From NCBI GenBank assembly GCA_046290225.1, contig JBKAGE010000080.1, forward strand, positions 1 through 64,000: a stretch of DNA of 64,000 nt, read 5' to 3'. Below the pieces are notes generated by a model. That model worked only from the letters and a program-made list of their open reading frames with translations, had not been told where the DNA came from and ran no database searches. The stretch comes from Bradymonadia bacterium. Its GTDB lineage: Bacteria > Myxococcota_A > Bradymonadia > UBA7976 > UBA1532. Made by a program: the position numbers and the translations under genes. Of this stretch, positions 20,009 to 30,357 are shown one piece after another. Position 1 is the first letter of the stretch. Each line of letters begins with the position of its first letter.

Positions 20009-21310
20009 ATGCAGATGCGTCTCAACCGTACCCTTGTGTCCGTTCTTGGTGCTGGCGCGCTTTCCATTGGTGCCCTGAGTGGTTGCGCCGAGGAGACCGA
20101 CCAGTCAGAAGTGCAGAGCAGCCAGGAGGCGCTCTCCTCCGCCACCATCAAGGGGCGGGTCTTCGACATGATGGACCTCCCGGTAGCCGGTGCAGAGGCG
20201 ATTGTGATGAACGGCTCTCAGCAGACTGAGTACCGCACCTTCGTGGGGGCCGACGGGAGCTACACACTCCGCGACGTGCCCGTGAACCTTCTCTTGAACA
20301 AAGAGGCGGTCATCCTCTTTGTGACCCCCAAGGTGGACCTGCCACCTCTGGGCACGGTGGAGGGTGACTACATCCACGAGATGCCCATGACCATCAACCA
20401 GTTCATCGAGCCCCTGGAGATCGGGGTCAAGGAAGAGATCATGGCCCGGCCGGCCTATGTACCTCTCCAGGCGAAGGGATACACCCTGACCCCCGAGGTG
20501 ATGGCCAACGGCGGTGACTTCACCTGGACCTACCCCGACGACGGGCTCCGCGGTGAGCTGACGGTGACGCTGCGGGTGGCCCCCGGCGCGATGAACGTGC
20601 CCGAGGACGTCGACTACCAGAACGAGCTCACCATGACCCCCGTCGACTACTTCAAGACCCCCATGCGGATCCCCAACGGCGGCGCCGGGGCCCTCTGGAC
20701 CATCCAGCCTCGGGAGATCACCTTCGATCCCCCCGCAGAGATCACCCTCGTGGGCGATCGCGGCGCCCTGCTGGGCTCCCTCTCTGCCGATTCCGAGATC
20801 GGCGACGCCATCGAGCTGTACGGGGCGACCTATGTAGAGGGGTGGTACAAGTTCGGTGACGCGCACATCGCCGATCTCACCGAGGACAAGGTCACCATCG
20901 ACTCCAACGGCGGCATCATCCCCAAGGGCGCCTGGGGCCACGTGCTCGGTGCCGAGGGCGTGAACGCCGCGGTCATCGTGCACTGCAAGGACTGCGACGC
21001 CGACGGCAACCTTGTCCCCGTGGCCTGCCAGATCGACCGTGACCTCTCCGTGGCCCCTCGCCAGCCCGACTGGACCGATGACCAGGTCATGCGCACCGAC
21101 AACGAGATCCGCGCCCGTGCCGCCGGCGTCGATCCCTTCGCCATGGCAGCCGTGGGCCTCTGGCTCACCAACGACGGCGCTCAGGCCCGCCTGCACATCA
21201 CTCAGGCCGACACTCAGGAAGCCTGGACCTTCACGGCCTACGACGTCGACGTGAACGAGCGCCGCGTGCTCGAAGCCAACTTCTGCGCCGTGGATGGCTT
21301 CTACCCCTGA
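20009..21310 (+). CDS. Lipoprotein with carboxypeptidase-regulatory-like (Ig-like) N-terminal domain
   Basis: GAGGAG RBS; lipobox LSGC; IKGRVFD...PVAGA...GADGSYTL motif. Confidence 0.75.
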   Translation: MQMRLNRTLVSVLGAGALSIGALSGCAEETDQSEVQSSQEALSSATIKGRVFDMMDLPVAGAEAIVMNGSQQTEYRTFVGADGSYTLRDVPVNLLLNKEAVILFVTPKVDLPPLGTVEGDYIHEMPMTINQFIEPLEIGVKEEIMARPAYVPLQAKGYTLTPEVMANGGDFTWTYPDDGLRGELTVTLRVAPGAMNVPEDVDYQNELTMTPVDYFKTPMRIPNGGAGALWTIQPREITFDPPAEITLVGDRGALLGSLSADSEIGDAIELYGATYVEGWYKFGDAHIADLTEDKVTIDSNGGIIPKGAWGHVLGAEGVNAAVIVHCKDCDADGNLVPVACQIDRDLSVAPRQPDWTDDQVMRTDNEIRARAAGVDPFAMAAVGLWLTNDGAQARLHITQADTQEAWTFTAYDVDVNERRVLEANFCAVDGFYP

Positions 21311-21365
21311 TCTCCTGCTCGCCCCCCTCGCCTCGATCCGTTCACCTCATCTCGGGAGTATTTAC

Positions 21366-21836
21366 ATGAGCCGTCTCATCATGATCGTGTTGTGTGTACT
21401 GTCAGGTGCCCTCTTTGGGTGCGTCGAGGCGACGGATGTGCCCGAGCCTCTCCACGGTGTGCAAATGGGGCAGGACCCCCTCGGGGTCTACAACCCCATC
21501 GCCAATGGGGAAGAGATCCCCGTCATCTACGGCTACCAGGGTGGGTTCCATCTCCCCATGGCCATCCAGGCAGCCGGCGCCGAGCACGGTGAGGTGCTGG
21601 AGATGTGGTTCACGGTCACCGACATCTCCACGGACGAGGTGGTGGCTCAAAATCGCTTCCTCCGCCAGGTCGACGACATCGACGAGAATGGGAACTTCAT
21701 CGTCGGCGGGCTCTATGTGCTCGTCGAGGGTCCCGATCTCGTCGCTGACCGCAAGCTGCGCATTACAGCGGAGATCTCCGATGGCGATGCCGTGTCGTCC
21801 GTGGAACGCTGGGTCTGGTGCGTGAACGAGCACTGA
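21366..21836 (+). CDS. Hypothetical lipoprotein (GYQGGFH motif)
   Basis: GGAG RBS; lipobox LFGC; host-like codon usage. Confidence 0.75.
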   Translation: MSRLIMIVLCVLSGALFGCVEATDVPEPLHGVQMGQDPLGVYNPIANGEEIPVIYGYQGGFHLPMAIQAAGAEHGEVLEMWFTVTDISTDEVVAQNRFLRQVDDIDENGNFIVGGLYVLVEGPDLVADRKLRITAEISDGDAVSSVERWVWCVNEH

Positions 21837-22583
21837 TCAGGCTGTGTCTTCGGCAACCTCTCCATGGCCCATGCGCCACCCCCCACCTCCCCCTCGCCTC
21901 ACTTCGAACACGCCTCCCTCCTCACGACCAGTCTCTTCCCTTCCTGTGTCTTCATCCCCCTGTTCAACCTGATCGTCCTCTACATTCGGATCGAGTGTGG
22001 GTGCAAAGGACGATGAGTCCATGACACGCTCAACACGTGGCACGACACTGTTGTGTGTTTGCGGTCATGGCGGGCTTCGATGACTCAAGAGTATCTTTCA
22101 TTTCATTGTATTCCGGCGCAAAACAGCCTCGGCACCGCGCAGCACATAACACACTGAACTGATTAAACAATCCCCCTAGCCCGAACAAAGCAAAAACAGT
22201 TCAGCACGTCAACCTGGCCTCACCGACTTGCACACACAGTCAACCACACTACAATACTCCCTCAGATTCTCACCGGCCAGCAACCCGATGACTCAAATGC
22301 ACAAGCATGATGGTGTGTGTGCATCTCATTGATGGGAGATACTCATGAAGATGTTCAACAATGACTCGATGTCCGCGAACAGCACCTCCACCCTGGTCGC
22401 CCTCCTGTGCACGAGGCCCCAGGAAAGAAAACGAACTGACACCAGACGCTCGATAGAGGTCAGGCCAAAGGCGCCTGCATGTGCGGTGAGGGCCACCTGA
22501 GCCCACTCTCTGCTCCATCGCCGACCACACTCAAGATGACCTCTTATCGTGCCCTACCCCTTTCGATACTCAGGAGTCAGTTC

Positions 22584-23093
22584 ATGCACATCAGCGCACT
22601 TCACACCCTTCAGATCTCTGTGCGAGCCCGCCTGGGCCTTCAGAACAACCACTTGAAGGCCCTCGGTCTCGTAGCGCCCGAATATTCACCGCTCTCGGCC
22701 AGCCTGGTCGTCGATCGAGCCGGGCACGCTTTGGAGCATTTGGCGCCCGACGCCCGAGTGCCCCTCGTGTATGGCTTCTGGCGGCAAGGATGCCTGCCCT
22801 TGGGGTTGATGGTGACTCACCATGGCACGTCACGGCCCATCGAGGTGTGGCTTTCCCTGACCGACGCATACACAGGGGAGACGCTGGCCCGACATCGTTT
22901 CATACGCAAGACCCGAAGTCATGAGCACCCGGAGGTGCAGATGCTCATGGGCCTCTATCTGCCTGTGGATCAGTCTTCGGAGATGATTGGGCGAAACGCT
23001 CAGCTCAGCTTTCGGGTCACCCTCGGCGATGCACAGTACGAGGACAGCCGCCGCATCGTCATCACGCAGCCGGAGCAGGGTGCCCGAGCGTGA
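22584..23093 (+). CDS. Hypothetical protein, diverged paralog of 21366..21836
   Basis: VPLVYGF...EVWLSLTDAYTGETLARHRFIR aligns by eye with IPVIYGY...EMWFTVTDISTDEVVAQNRFLR; AGGAG RBS. Confidence 0.6.
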   Translation: MHISALHTLQISVRARLGLQNNHLKALGLVAPEYSPLSASLVVDRAGHALEHLAPDARVPLVYGFWRQGCLPLGLMVTHHGTSRPIEVWLSLTDAYTGETLARHRFIRKTRSHEHPEVQMLMGLYLPVDQSSEMIGRNAQLSFRVTLGDAQYEDSRRIVITQPEQGARA

Positions 23094-23096
23094 GGC

Positions 23097-24245
23097 TCAT
23101 TGACCGTCGATGATGCTCTCTCCGAGCGGACCTGCAGGGGGCAGGCTGGAATCGGCGACGTGTTTGAGCATCGATGCGCGCGTCAACTCACCACGCGTGA
23201 CCACACCGATGATGTTGTTCATCTCGTTGATCACCACCGCTCCACTGTGACCCCCACGGACCATCTGAAGCTCCACCTGAGCCAGATCAGCGTCTGAATC
23301 CACGATGAGGGGCTTCGAGGGCAACATGTCACCCACCTTGCGGTTGCCTCCGGTACCGGATTGCAGGTCCTGAGGCAGCAACACTCCACGAATGCCCTCG
23401 AGATCACGGACCAGGGCCACCGTGGCCCCTTGCAGCAACATGTGACGGGCCACGGCGGTGGCGGCCCGATGAGGCTCGACGGTGGCCACTCGGGTGAGCA
23501 ACGCCTGATCGGCCCTCAAGCCCGTGAGGCGGCTCTGACGTACGGCGGCGGCCTCTTCGGCCGTGGCGCCGAGGAAGACGAAGCCGGCGATGAGCAGCAA
23601 GCTGGGATCGAAAGGCGGGAACACGGCGAAGACAGCACCGATGACGGCGAGGGCCCTGCCGACGGTTGCGGCGGCGCGGGTAGCCTCCACCGGGCCCAGG
23701 CGCGTCTCCAAGAGGGCCTTCAAGATGCGCCCACCGTCCATGGGGAACGCCGGCAGCAAGTTGAAGAGGGCCAGCGCGCCGTTGGCGACGAAGACCAGGA
23801 GAGCAGCCATCTGCAATGCGGGCAACCCGAAGGTGACCCGAAGCCCGAGTAATCCCAAGGCCCCCAGCAGGATGCTCACCAAAGGGCCGGCGAAGGCCAC
23901 CTTGGCCTGCTGCATCGGCGTGGCATTGTCGTGTTCGAGCTGTGTGATCCCGCCAAGGAGCATCAGGGTGATGTGGCGCACCTTGCCGCCGAGGGCCAAA
24001 GCTGCGAGGGCATGACCCAACTCATGCAGGAGCACGGAGAAGAACACCACCAGTGGCAACAGCAGCCCCCACACCGGGCGTGGCAGCACGAGATCGGCCA
24101 CCTCAAGACCGAGGATGTGGGCGGCGTAGCTCACCCCCTGCGTGGCGAAAGCCACGGCCATGAGCGGCACGATGAGGAGCAGCGAGGCATGCAGTCGGAG
24201 AGGGATGCCTTTGAGGTGACCGATGGTCCAGCTGGCTTTGAACAT
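23097..24245 (-). CDS. Site-2 protease (M50) with CBS domains
   Basis: LLHELGH, AGPLV, FNLLPAFPMDGGR; C-terminal CBS-like pair; GAGGAGG RBS. Confidence 0.9.
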   Translation of the reverse strand: MFKASWTIGHLKGIPLRLHASLLLIVPLMAVAFATQGVSYAAHILGLEVADLVLPRPVWGLLLPLVVFFSVLLHELGHALAALALGGKVRHITLMLLGGITQLEHDNATPMQQAKVAFAGPLVSILLGALGLLGLRVTFGLPALQMAALLVFVANGALALFNLLPAFPMDGGRILKALLETRLGPVEATRAAATVGRALAVIGAVFAVFPPFDPSLLLIAGFVFLGATAEEAAAVRQSRLTGLRADQALLTRVATVEPHRAATAVARHMLLQGATVALVRDLEGIRGVLLPQDLQSGTGGNRKVGDMLPSKPLIVDSDADLAQVELQMVRGGHSGAVVINEMNNIIGVVTRGELTRASMLKHVADSSLPPAGPLGESIIDGQ

Positions 24246-24438
24246 CTCAACCTCCTCGCGATGACACCGTCTATAAACACGAGACGGACTTCTCTTAGTC
24301 CGATGCAAACACCCACTGAACGTTTCGGTGGGGCAAGGGATCTCGAAGACCCTGATTTGAAGCATCGGCGTCCGCGAGAGGCGGGTTGAGCCCTCGGGCG
24401 TGGTGCGAGGATTCGAGAGAGGCAGGCGTGGGGCGGGA

Positions 24439-25995
24439 TCAGAGCGGGGCGTTGAGCAGCTTTTCGACCTCGGCCACAGCGCCTTCGATGCTGATGCGGC
24501 GCTGCTCCATGGTGTCTCGATCGCGGATGGTGATGGTGTCATCCTGCATGGTCTGGCCATCGATGGTCAGACAGAAGGGCGTGCCGATCTCGTCGTGACG
24601 ACGGTAGCGGCGGCCGATGGCGTGCTGCTCGTCGTACTTGGCGTTGATGCCCTTCTCGAAGAAGGCCTGCATCACCTGACGGGCCTTCTCGGGCATGCCG
24701 TCTTTCTTCACGAGGGGCAGCACCGCCACCTTCACCGGGGCGAGCCGGGGGTGCAGCTTGAGCACCACGCGGGTCTCGGGACCCTTCGAGCCCTGGACCT
24801 CTTCCTCGGTGTAGGCGTCGATGAGGTACACCAGCACACCACGGGTGGCGCCGGCAGCAGGCTCGATGACGTAGGGGGTGTACTTCTTCTTCTCGACAGG
24901 ATCGAAGTACTCGAGCTTCTGGCCGCTGTGCTTGGCGTGCTTGTTGAGATCGTAGTCGGTGCGGTTGGCCACACCCTCGAGCTCACCCCAGCCCCAGGGG
25001 TACTCGTACTCGATGTCGTAGCAACCCTTGGCGTAGTGGGCGAGCTCGTCGTCCTCGTGGGCCCGGAACACGAACTTCTCGGGGTGGTTGGCGTACTGCT
25101 TCCACCACCGCATGCGCTCCTCTTTCCAGTAGTCCCCCCACTCCTCGTCGGTGCCGGGCTCGCAGAAGAACTCCATCTCCATCTGCTCGAACTCGCAGCT
25201 GCGGAAGATGAAGTGCTCGACGGTGATCTCGTTGCGGAACGACTTGCCCATCTGGGCGATGCCGAAGGGGATCTTCATCGCCATGGACTGCTGGATGTTC
25301 GAGAACTGCACGAACATGGCCTGGGCGGTCTCGGGGCGCAGGTACACGGCGCTCTGGTTGGCGATGGCCTCGACGGCGGTGCGCAGCTCGTCGCCGCTCT
25401 TGCCCTCGAATTCCCCCCGCTGGATCGCCGCGGTGAGATCACCGAGGGGATCAGTGGCCCCGATGCTGGACTTGAACATCAGGTTGAACTGACGCTCGTC
25501 GCTGAGGAAAGGCGAGCCGCAGTTGGGGCACACATAGCCCTGCTCACCAGCCACAGCGCCGTGCAACTCCTTGCCGCGGCGGGTGACCTCGACGCCGAGC
25601 TGCTCTTTGACGAGGGTCTCGGCCACCTTGGCCTTGCCCTTGTCGGGGAAGGTCATCACCGCGGCTTCACCGGCGGCCACGGCGGGGGCCTTGTCGGACC
25701 GGAAGCGCTCCTTGCACACCTTGCAGTCCACCATGGGATCGGAGAACCCGGCGAGGTGGCCGGAGGCGTGCCAGACCTTGGGGTGCATGATGATCGAGGC
25801 GTCGAGGCCCACGACGTTCTCCCGGCCGTGGACCATGTCGCGCCACCACTCGTTCATGAGGTTGCGCTTGAGCTCAACACCGAGCGGCCCGTAGTCATAT
25901 GCGCTCTTCAGGCCACCGTAGATCTCGGAGGACTGAAAGACGAAGCCGCGGCGCTTGCACAGCGAGACGATTTTCTGCATCAGGTCGGAAGACAT
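24439..25995 (-). CDS. glyQS: Glycine--tRNA ligase (alpha2 type)
   Basis: CKRRGFVFQSSEIYGG, LRPETAQ, FRNEIT, FEQMEME, IGRRYRRHDEIGTP. Confidence 0.97.
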   Translation of the reverse strand: MSSDLMQKIVSLCKRRGFVFQSSEIYGGLKSAYDYGPLGVELKRNLMNEWWRDMVHGRENVVGLDASIIMHPKVWHASGHLAGFSDPMVDCKVCKERFRSDKAPAVAAGEAAVMTFPDKGKAKVAETLVKEQLGVEVTRRGKELHGAVAGEQGYVCPNCGSPFLSDERQFNLMFKSSIGATDPLGDLTAAIQRGEFEGKSGDELRTAVEAIANQSAVYLRPETAQAMFVQFSNIQQSMAMKIPFGIAQMGKSFRNEITVEHFIFRSCEFEQMEMEFFCEPGTDEEWGDYWKEERMRWWKQYANHPEKFVFRAHEDDELAHYAKGCYDIEYEYPWGWGELEGVANRTDYDLNKHAKHSGQKLEYFDPVEKKKYTPYVIEPAAGATRGVLVYLIDAYTEEEVQGSKGPETRVVLKLHPRLAPVKVAVLPLVKKDGMPEKARQVMQAFFEKGINAKYDEQHAIGRRYRRHDEIGTPFCLTIDGQTMQDDTITIRDRDTMEQRRISIEGAVAEVEKLLNAPL

Positions 25996-26122
25996 GGACC
26001 TCTCCGGTCAGGTACGTGAACGCCCCATGCTCGGGGGCGAGACCGCGGGATGGTAGCGATCCACCGAGAGAGAGACAACATCGAGCGATGGATGGCTGCT
26101 CCGCCTGCCCTGCCCTACAGCA

Positions 26123-26983
26123 TCAAACGCGGGCTTGATGTGTCAGCGTGAGCAGCGCCTCGGCGTATCCACGGGGGTTGTCGAGGGGCAGAAAGTGGCC
26201 GCCGGGGATGATGATCGACTCGCACGTCTGTGGGAGCAACGACTCGAGCCGACGCCCCACGGTGAGCCACGGCTGGTAGTGATCACCATCGGCCCAGAGC
26301 AGCCCCGTGGGCACCTTAAGAGACTTCAGCGCCGGTGCTGCTTCCACGGTCTGTCGAGGGTCGAGGGCCTTCAAGTGACGGGCAAAGGCTCTGCGACCCA
26401 CAGGTGCGCTCACCTTGGGACCCCAGAACACCTCTGAGGCCTCTTCGGGCTTCACGGGTCTGCTCATCCCCTTCGCCAACGCCCGACGGGCATAGAAGTT
26501 GGGCATCAGGCCCAGAGCACACAGCGCCGGATAGAGCCCTGCCCACGCCACCCACCGAAACAGCTTCACGGGCAGGACCGGCCAGCTGTCTTCGGCGACG
26601 GTGTCACCGAGGGTGAGGCCGCTGATCAGATGGGGTGTACGGGCTGCGACGATCTGCGCCACACCGCCACCGAGATCGTGGCCCACCAACCAGGGCGGCC
26701 GACCACCTACATCGACCATCTGCCCCAGCCACGTGCTCACGAGGGCAGCAGCACCCCCGAGGCTGTGATCAGCATCCGCAGAGATTCGGCTCTGGCCATA
26801 TCCAGGCAGATCGGGGGCCCACACGCGCCATCCGGCCTGGGCGAGGATGGGCATCACGCCACACCACAGCCCGCTGTTCGCCGGAATCCCGTGCAGCAAG
26901 ACCATGGGCAGCCCCTGCTCGGGCCCCGCCACCCTCGCGGAGAGCACGGCATCGGCCACGGGGATTTCGATGCGTTCGATCAT
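26123..26983 (-). CDS. Alpha/beta fold hydrolase
   Basis: LLHGIP, PDLPGYG, GHDLGG, GGHFLP. Confidence 0.88.
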   Translation of the reverse strand: MIERIEIPVADAVLSARVAGPEQGLPMVLLHGIPANSGLWCGVMPILAQAGWRVWAPDLPGYGQSRISADADHSLGGAAALVSTWLGQMVDVGGRPPWLVGHDLGGGVAQIVAARTPHLISGLTLGDTVAEDSWPVLPVKLFRWVAWAGLYPALCALGLMPNFYARRALAKGMSRPVKPEEASEVFWGPKVSAPVGRRAFARHLKALDPRQTVEAAPALKSLKVPTGLLWADGDHYQPWLTVGRRLESLLPQTCESIIIPGGHFLPLDNPRGYAEALLTLTHQARV

Positions 26984-27211
26984 CACTTCGCCTTTTGGAC
27001 CCGCACGGAGGTGTTGGGGCCTGTGGACATCACCTGGGTCATGTCGACCCCTGCAATTCTGGGACACCCTGGTCTCAGTTCTCTTCTCGAAGGCCCTCAA
27101 GCACAAGGGCCGCGACCCGGCACACTGGTTGCTAAAAGCATACGTTCAGTGCCCAATAGACACGGGCCACATGGCCCTCAGAGCCGTGTTCGAGACAAGG
27201 GGTCGACCCAC

Positions 27212-29359
27212 ATGAAGCACTTTAACTTTACCCTGCACAGCCTGTTGCTCCTCGCAGCAGCGCAGCTCACAGGCTGCGCTCAGGGCACCGAAGAGGCACC
27301 CCTCGACGTGAGCGATGGCGTGCCTCTCACCCGGGAGATCGAGGTCAGCAAGGATCGCCTGGTCGAGGCACCGGTGAACCTCGAAGTGCAGCTCATCGAC
27401 TTGCTGCCTGGTGAGAGCCCGGAGGCGGCGATCCGCCGCGTATACGGCAACCTGCAGATCGTCAGCGACACCTCGATCCTCATCGAGGCGCAGCTCGAGG
27501 AGCAGGGCCTGCTCAACCCTCAAGGACAGACCGAGAACGATCCCGCCGCACAGGACGAGCAGCTCGATCTGGAGTCTGGCCCTCAAGGTGGGCCGCGCCT
27601 CGGGCAGCCATGTTTTGCCGAGAGCCAGTGGGGCACATGCGCTACGGGGCAGTCCTGCGCAGGCACCCCTGTGGGCAACATCTGTCAGGGTGATGGCGTG
27701 AGTTGCTGTATCGAGGCCTCGAACCCGCCCGAGCAAATGCCGCCCGAAGAGATGCCCCCAGAGCAAATGCCTCCAGAGCAGATGCCGCCTGAAGAGATGC
27801 CCCCAGAGCAAATGCCACCTGTGGGGGATGACATGGTGTGCAACAACAGCTGCTTCACCGCCAATGACGAGGTGTGTGACGACGGCGGCGAGGGCAGCAA
27901 CTTCGATGTCTGCCCCATGGGCACCGACTGCGCCGACTGTGGTCCTCGCCAACGAGGTGAGGCCCCGCGTCAGGGGCCGCCGCAGCCAGATCCGCCTCAG
28001 CAAGATCCGCCGCAGCAAGATCCACCGCAGCAAGATCCACCGCAGCAGGATCCCCCACGGCAGGACCCCCCGCAGCAAGATCCACAACAGCCTCCTCAAC
28101 AGCAGGCCCCTCAGGACAATGATCCTCTCGGCACGCGCTGCACCGCTCAGGGCGTCGCCGGCACCTGTCAGAACGTCGACCGCTGCCGGGACGGCGCCGG
28201 GCTGGAGCCCATCCCTGGCCATTGCCCGGGCGATCACACGGTGCAGTGCTGCATTCCACAAGCACAGCCTCAGAACAACACCAACAACCATGACGGCCAG
28301 CGGCCTTATGGCGCCGGTGAGGCATGCACCGCGTATGGTCAGCGGGGCGTGTGTGGCACCCCCAACGACTGCATGGGTGGCCGACGAGAGGCGGGGTTCT
28401 GTCCTGGCGACGACGACATCCAGTGCTGTCTCGAAGACAACGCGTCACAGCCTGCCCCTGGGCAGCTGCCGCAGCTTGGTCAGGCCTGTGTCGCCAACGG
28501 TGAGGCCGGCGTCTGTTCCCGTGTTCAGAGCTGCGCAGGCACCCCTACCCCGGGGTACTGCGCTGGAGACAACAGCATCCAGTGCTGCATCGAGGGTGAA
28601 GAGAAGCTTGCCTGGTTTGCCGTGCCACTGGTCATTGAAGGGGCCAGCCTGGCCATCGCCCTCTATCGCGGCTACCGCGCGGCCCGTCTCGTCGGCACCG
28701 TGATCACCACCACTCGAAATGCCCAGGCGGTGCGGGTGGGCATCTACACAGGTGCTCAGTCCATCGATCGCGCCCGCCGGCTCGGTTACGCAGGTGGACG
28801 CACACTGGAGAGCCGCATCGGCAATGTGGTGGACAACTTCTACAGAGCTGCTGCTCTCGCCGCCGCAGCGGAGCGGCTCAGCGACATGGGAGGCATGTGC
28901 CGCCCCGATGATCTCAACGCCTACAGTGATGGACGCCGGGACAGTGGCAGCTGCAGCCCGGAGGATCACTGCCAGCTCGCGAACATCAAAACGCAGAAGT
29001 GCGACCAGCAACCCCACAGCTGCAATGGCATCGGCGACAACCAGGTCAACAGCATCACCAGCCGGCTGCGGAACAACCCGAGCCTTGTCCTGCCCCCTAC
29101 GGAGCGCGAGCTCGTGAGGGCATGGTGTGAGCTCGCTCAGAGCAGAATCGACAACGGCGCCGAGTGCCTGGGCTGGCGGCAACGGATCAGCGAGGAGTGC
29201 TTCAGCGGTCGCCCAGATCCCCGCGATCACGCCAGCGCCGAGCAGCAGGTCCTCGACGCGGGGAACAGGTGTCGCCGCAGCATGGAGCGAAACCTGTGCG
29301 ACAACTTCCTCTCCAACGCACTCATGCGACTCGACATCGGTCCTGTCGATCTGGACTGA
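27212..29359 (+). CDS. Lipoprotein with Cys-rich repeats and an Ntox16-like C-terminal domain (putative polymorphic toxin)
   Basis: Lipobox LTGC; four C..G.C....C...G.CPG...QCC repeats; CDDGG...GTDCADCGPR module; C-terminal C..C..C/R..I..CF.G....H pattern. Confidence 0.7.
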   Translation: MKHFNFTLHSLLLLAAAQLTGCAQGTEEAPLDVSDGVPLTREIEVSKDRLVEAPVNLEVQLIDLLPGESPEAAIRRVYGNLQIVSDTSILIEAQLEEQGLLNPQGQTENDPAAQDEQLDLESGPQGGPRLGQPCFAESQWGTCATGQSCAGTPVGNICQGDGVSCCIEASNPPEQMPPEEMPPEQMPPEQMPPEEMPPEQMPPVGDDMVCNNSCFTANDEVCDDGGEGSNFDVCPMGTDCADCGPRQRGEAPRQGPPQPDPPQQDPPQQDPPQQDPPQQDPPRQDPPQQDPQQPPQQQAPQDNDPLGTRCTAQGVAGTCQNVDRCRDGAGLEPIPGHCPGDHTVQCCIPQAQPQNNTNNHDGQRPYGAGEACTAYGQRGVCGTPNDCMGGRREAGFCPGDDDIQCCLEDNASQPAPGQLPQLGQACVANGEAGVCSRVQSCAGTPTPGYCAGDNSIQCCIEGEEKLAWFAVPLVIEGASLAIALYRGYRAARLVGTVITTTRNAQAVRVGIYTGAQSIDRARRLGYAGGRTLESRIGNVVDNFYRAAALAAAAERLSDMGGMCRPDDLNAYSDGRRDSGSCSPEDHCQLANIKTQKCDQQPHSCNGIGDNQVNSITSRLRNNPSLVLPPTERELVRAWCELAQSRIDNGAECLGWRQRISEECFSGRPDPRDHASAEQQVLDAGNRCRRSMERNLCDNFLSNALMRLDIGPVDLD
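27725..28081 (+). repeat. Coding 15-bp tandem repeats (PPEQM x6 and PPQQD x~7)
   Basis: Direct 15-nt periodicity at 27725-27814 and about 27977-28081. Confidence 0.85.
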
Positions 29360-29390
29360 TTTTCCAAGACCCAGCATCTCGCTGAGCAGC

Positions 29391-30278
29391 TCACTTGTGA
29401 CAGATCGGCCCCTTGGCCCGCACCATCACCCCGTCGGCCTCGAGCGACTGCACCACCCCCACTCCGCTTGCCGCAGGTGTGAGGCACACATCGACCTCGA
29501 GCAACCGGGTCAGCTTGAGCAGGGGCTCCACCGATGCCACCGCGGTCATCCGTGCTCTCAAGCGCTCGAGCGCTGGCGTCTCGGCGAGGGGCTCGAGATC
29601 GACCAGTCGGGGGTTGAACGACACATCGAGCTCGGTGAGCGCCTTCTTACCTGCGAGGGGGCTCAGATCTTTCAAGCGGTTGCCGGCGAGGTTGAGCTGA
29701 GTGAGCTGCGAGAGCCCCGCGAGGGGTTTGATCTCCCTGATCCCCGCGCCATCGAGCGACAACACCTTCAAAGCAGTGCAGCCCTGCAGCCCCTCGAGGT
29801 TCTGCACATCACTGTTGTCGATCACCAGATGCGTGAGCAGCTTCAGGGCTGCGAGAGGCTTCAGCGTGCGGGGCTTCGCACTGACCAGCGTCAATGACTC
29901 CAGCGACTTCAATGCGCTCAAGGGGGTCAGATCTTCAATGTGCGTGCGCTCGTCGATGCTCGTGGCCCAGGGCGGCGGGCCGATGGAGAGCGCGCTCAAC
30001 TTCGGCAACGCCGAGAGTGGGCTCAAATCGCCACCTGGCACATCGTAGAGGCTGAGAGAGGTGAGCGACTCGAGCTTCTCGATGCCTGCGAGGTTGCGCA
30101 CAGGCTCGACGAACCTCAGGGCAGTGACCTCGGAGAGATCACGACAGCTCTTCTCCACGGGCAGAGCGCGTCGAATCGCCGCCCGCACGTGCACCGAGGG
30201 CACCTGGTCCGCGATCTCGGGGCAAGGTTCGATGGGGTCTCCCGGTTGGAGCAGCGCGATCAGAATCATCGGGATCAT
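29391..30278 (-). CDS. Internalin-like leucine-rich repeat protein
   Basis: Repeated L..L..L.L..N.I.DL.PL units; short hydrophobic N-terminus. Confidence 0.85.
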   Translation of the reverse strand: MIPMILIALLQPGDPIEPCPEIADQVPSVHVRAAIRRALPVEKSCRDLSEVTALRFVEPVRNLAGIEKLESLTSLSLYDVPGGDLSPLSALPKLSALSIGPPPWATSIDERTHIEDLTPLSALKSLESLTLVSAKPRTLKPLAALKLLTHLVIDNSDVQNLEGLQGCTALKVLSLDGAGIREIKPLAGLSQLTQLNLAGNRLKDLSPLAGKKALTELDVSFNPRLVDLEPLAETPALERLRARMTAVASVEPLLKLTRLLEVDVCLTPAASGVGVVQSLEADGVMVRAKGPICHK

Positions 30279-30357
30279 GCGCCTACTTTCCCAGAATCGA
30301 TCGCCTCCCTACAATGCTCTGTCTTTACATCGCGTTTACATGCTCCAGGAGCACCCC

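Noticed and set aside
21837..22043. 68-aa acidic minus-strand ORF in a pyrimidine-rich tract
   Set aside because: Low complexity, no clear RBS or motif; cannot be supported without homologs.
25330..25700. Insertions in GlyRS around the zinc-binding region
   Set aside because: This region is length-variable among alpha2 GlyRS enzymes; no intein or intron hallmarks.
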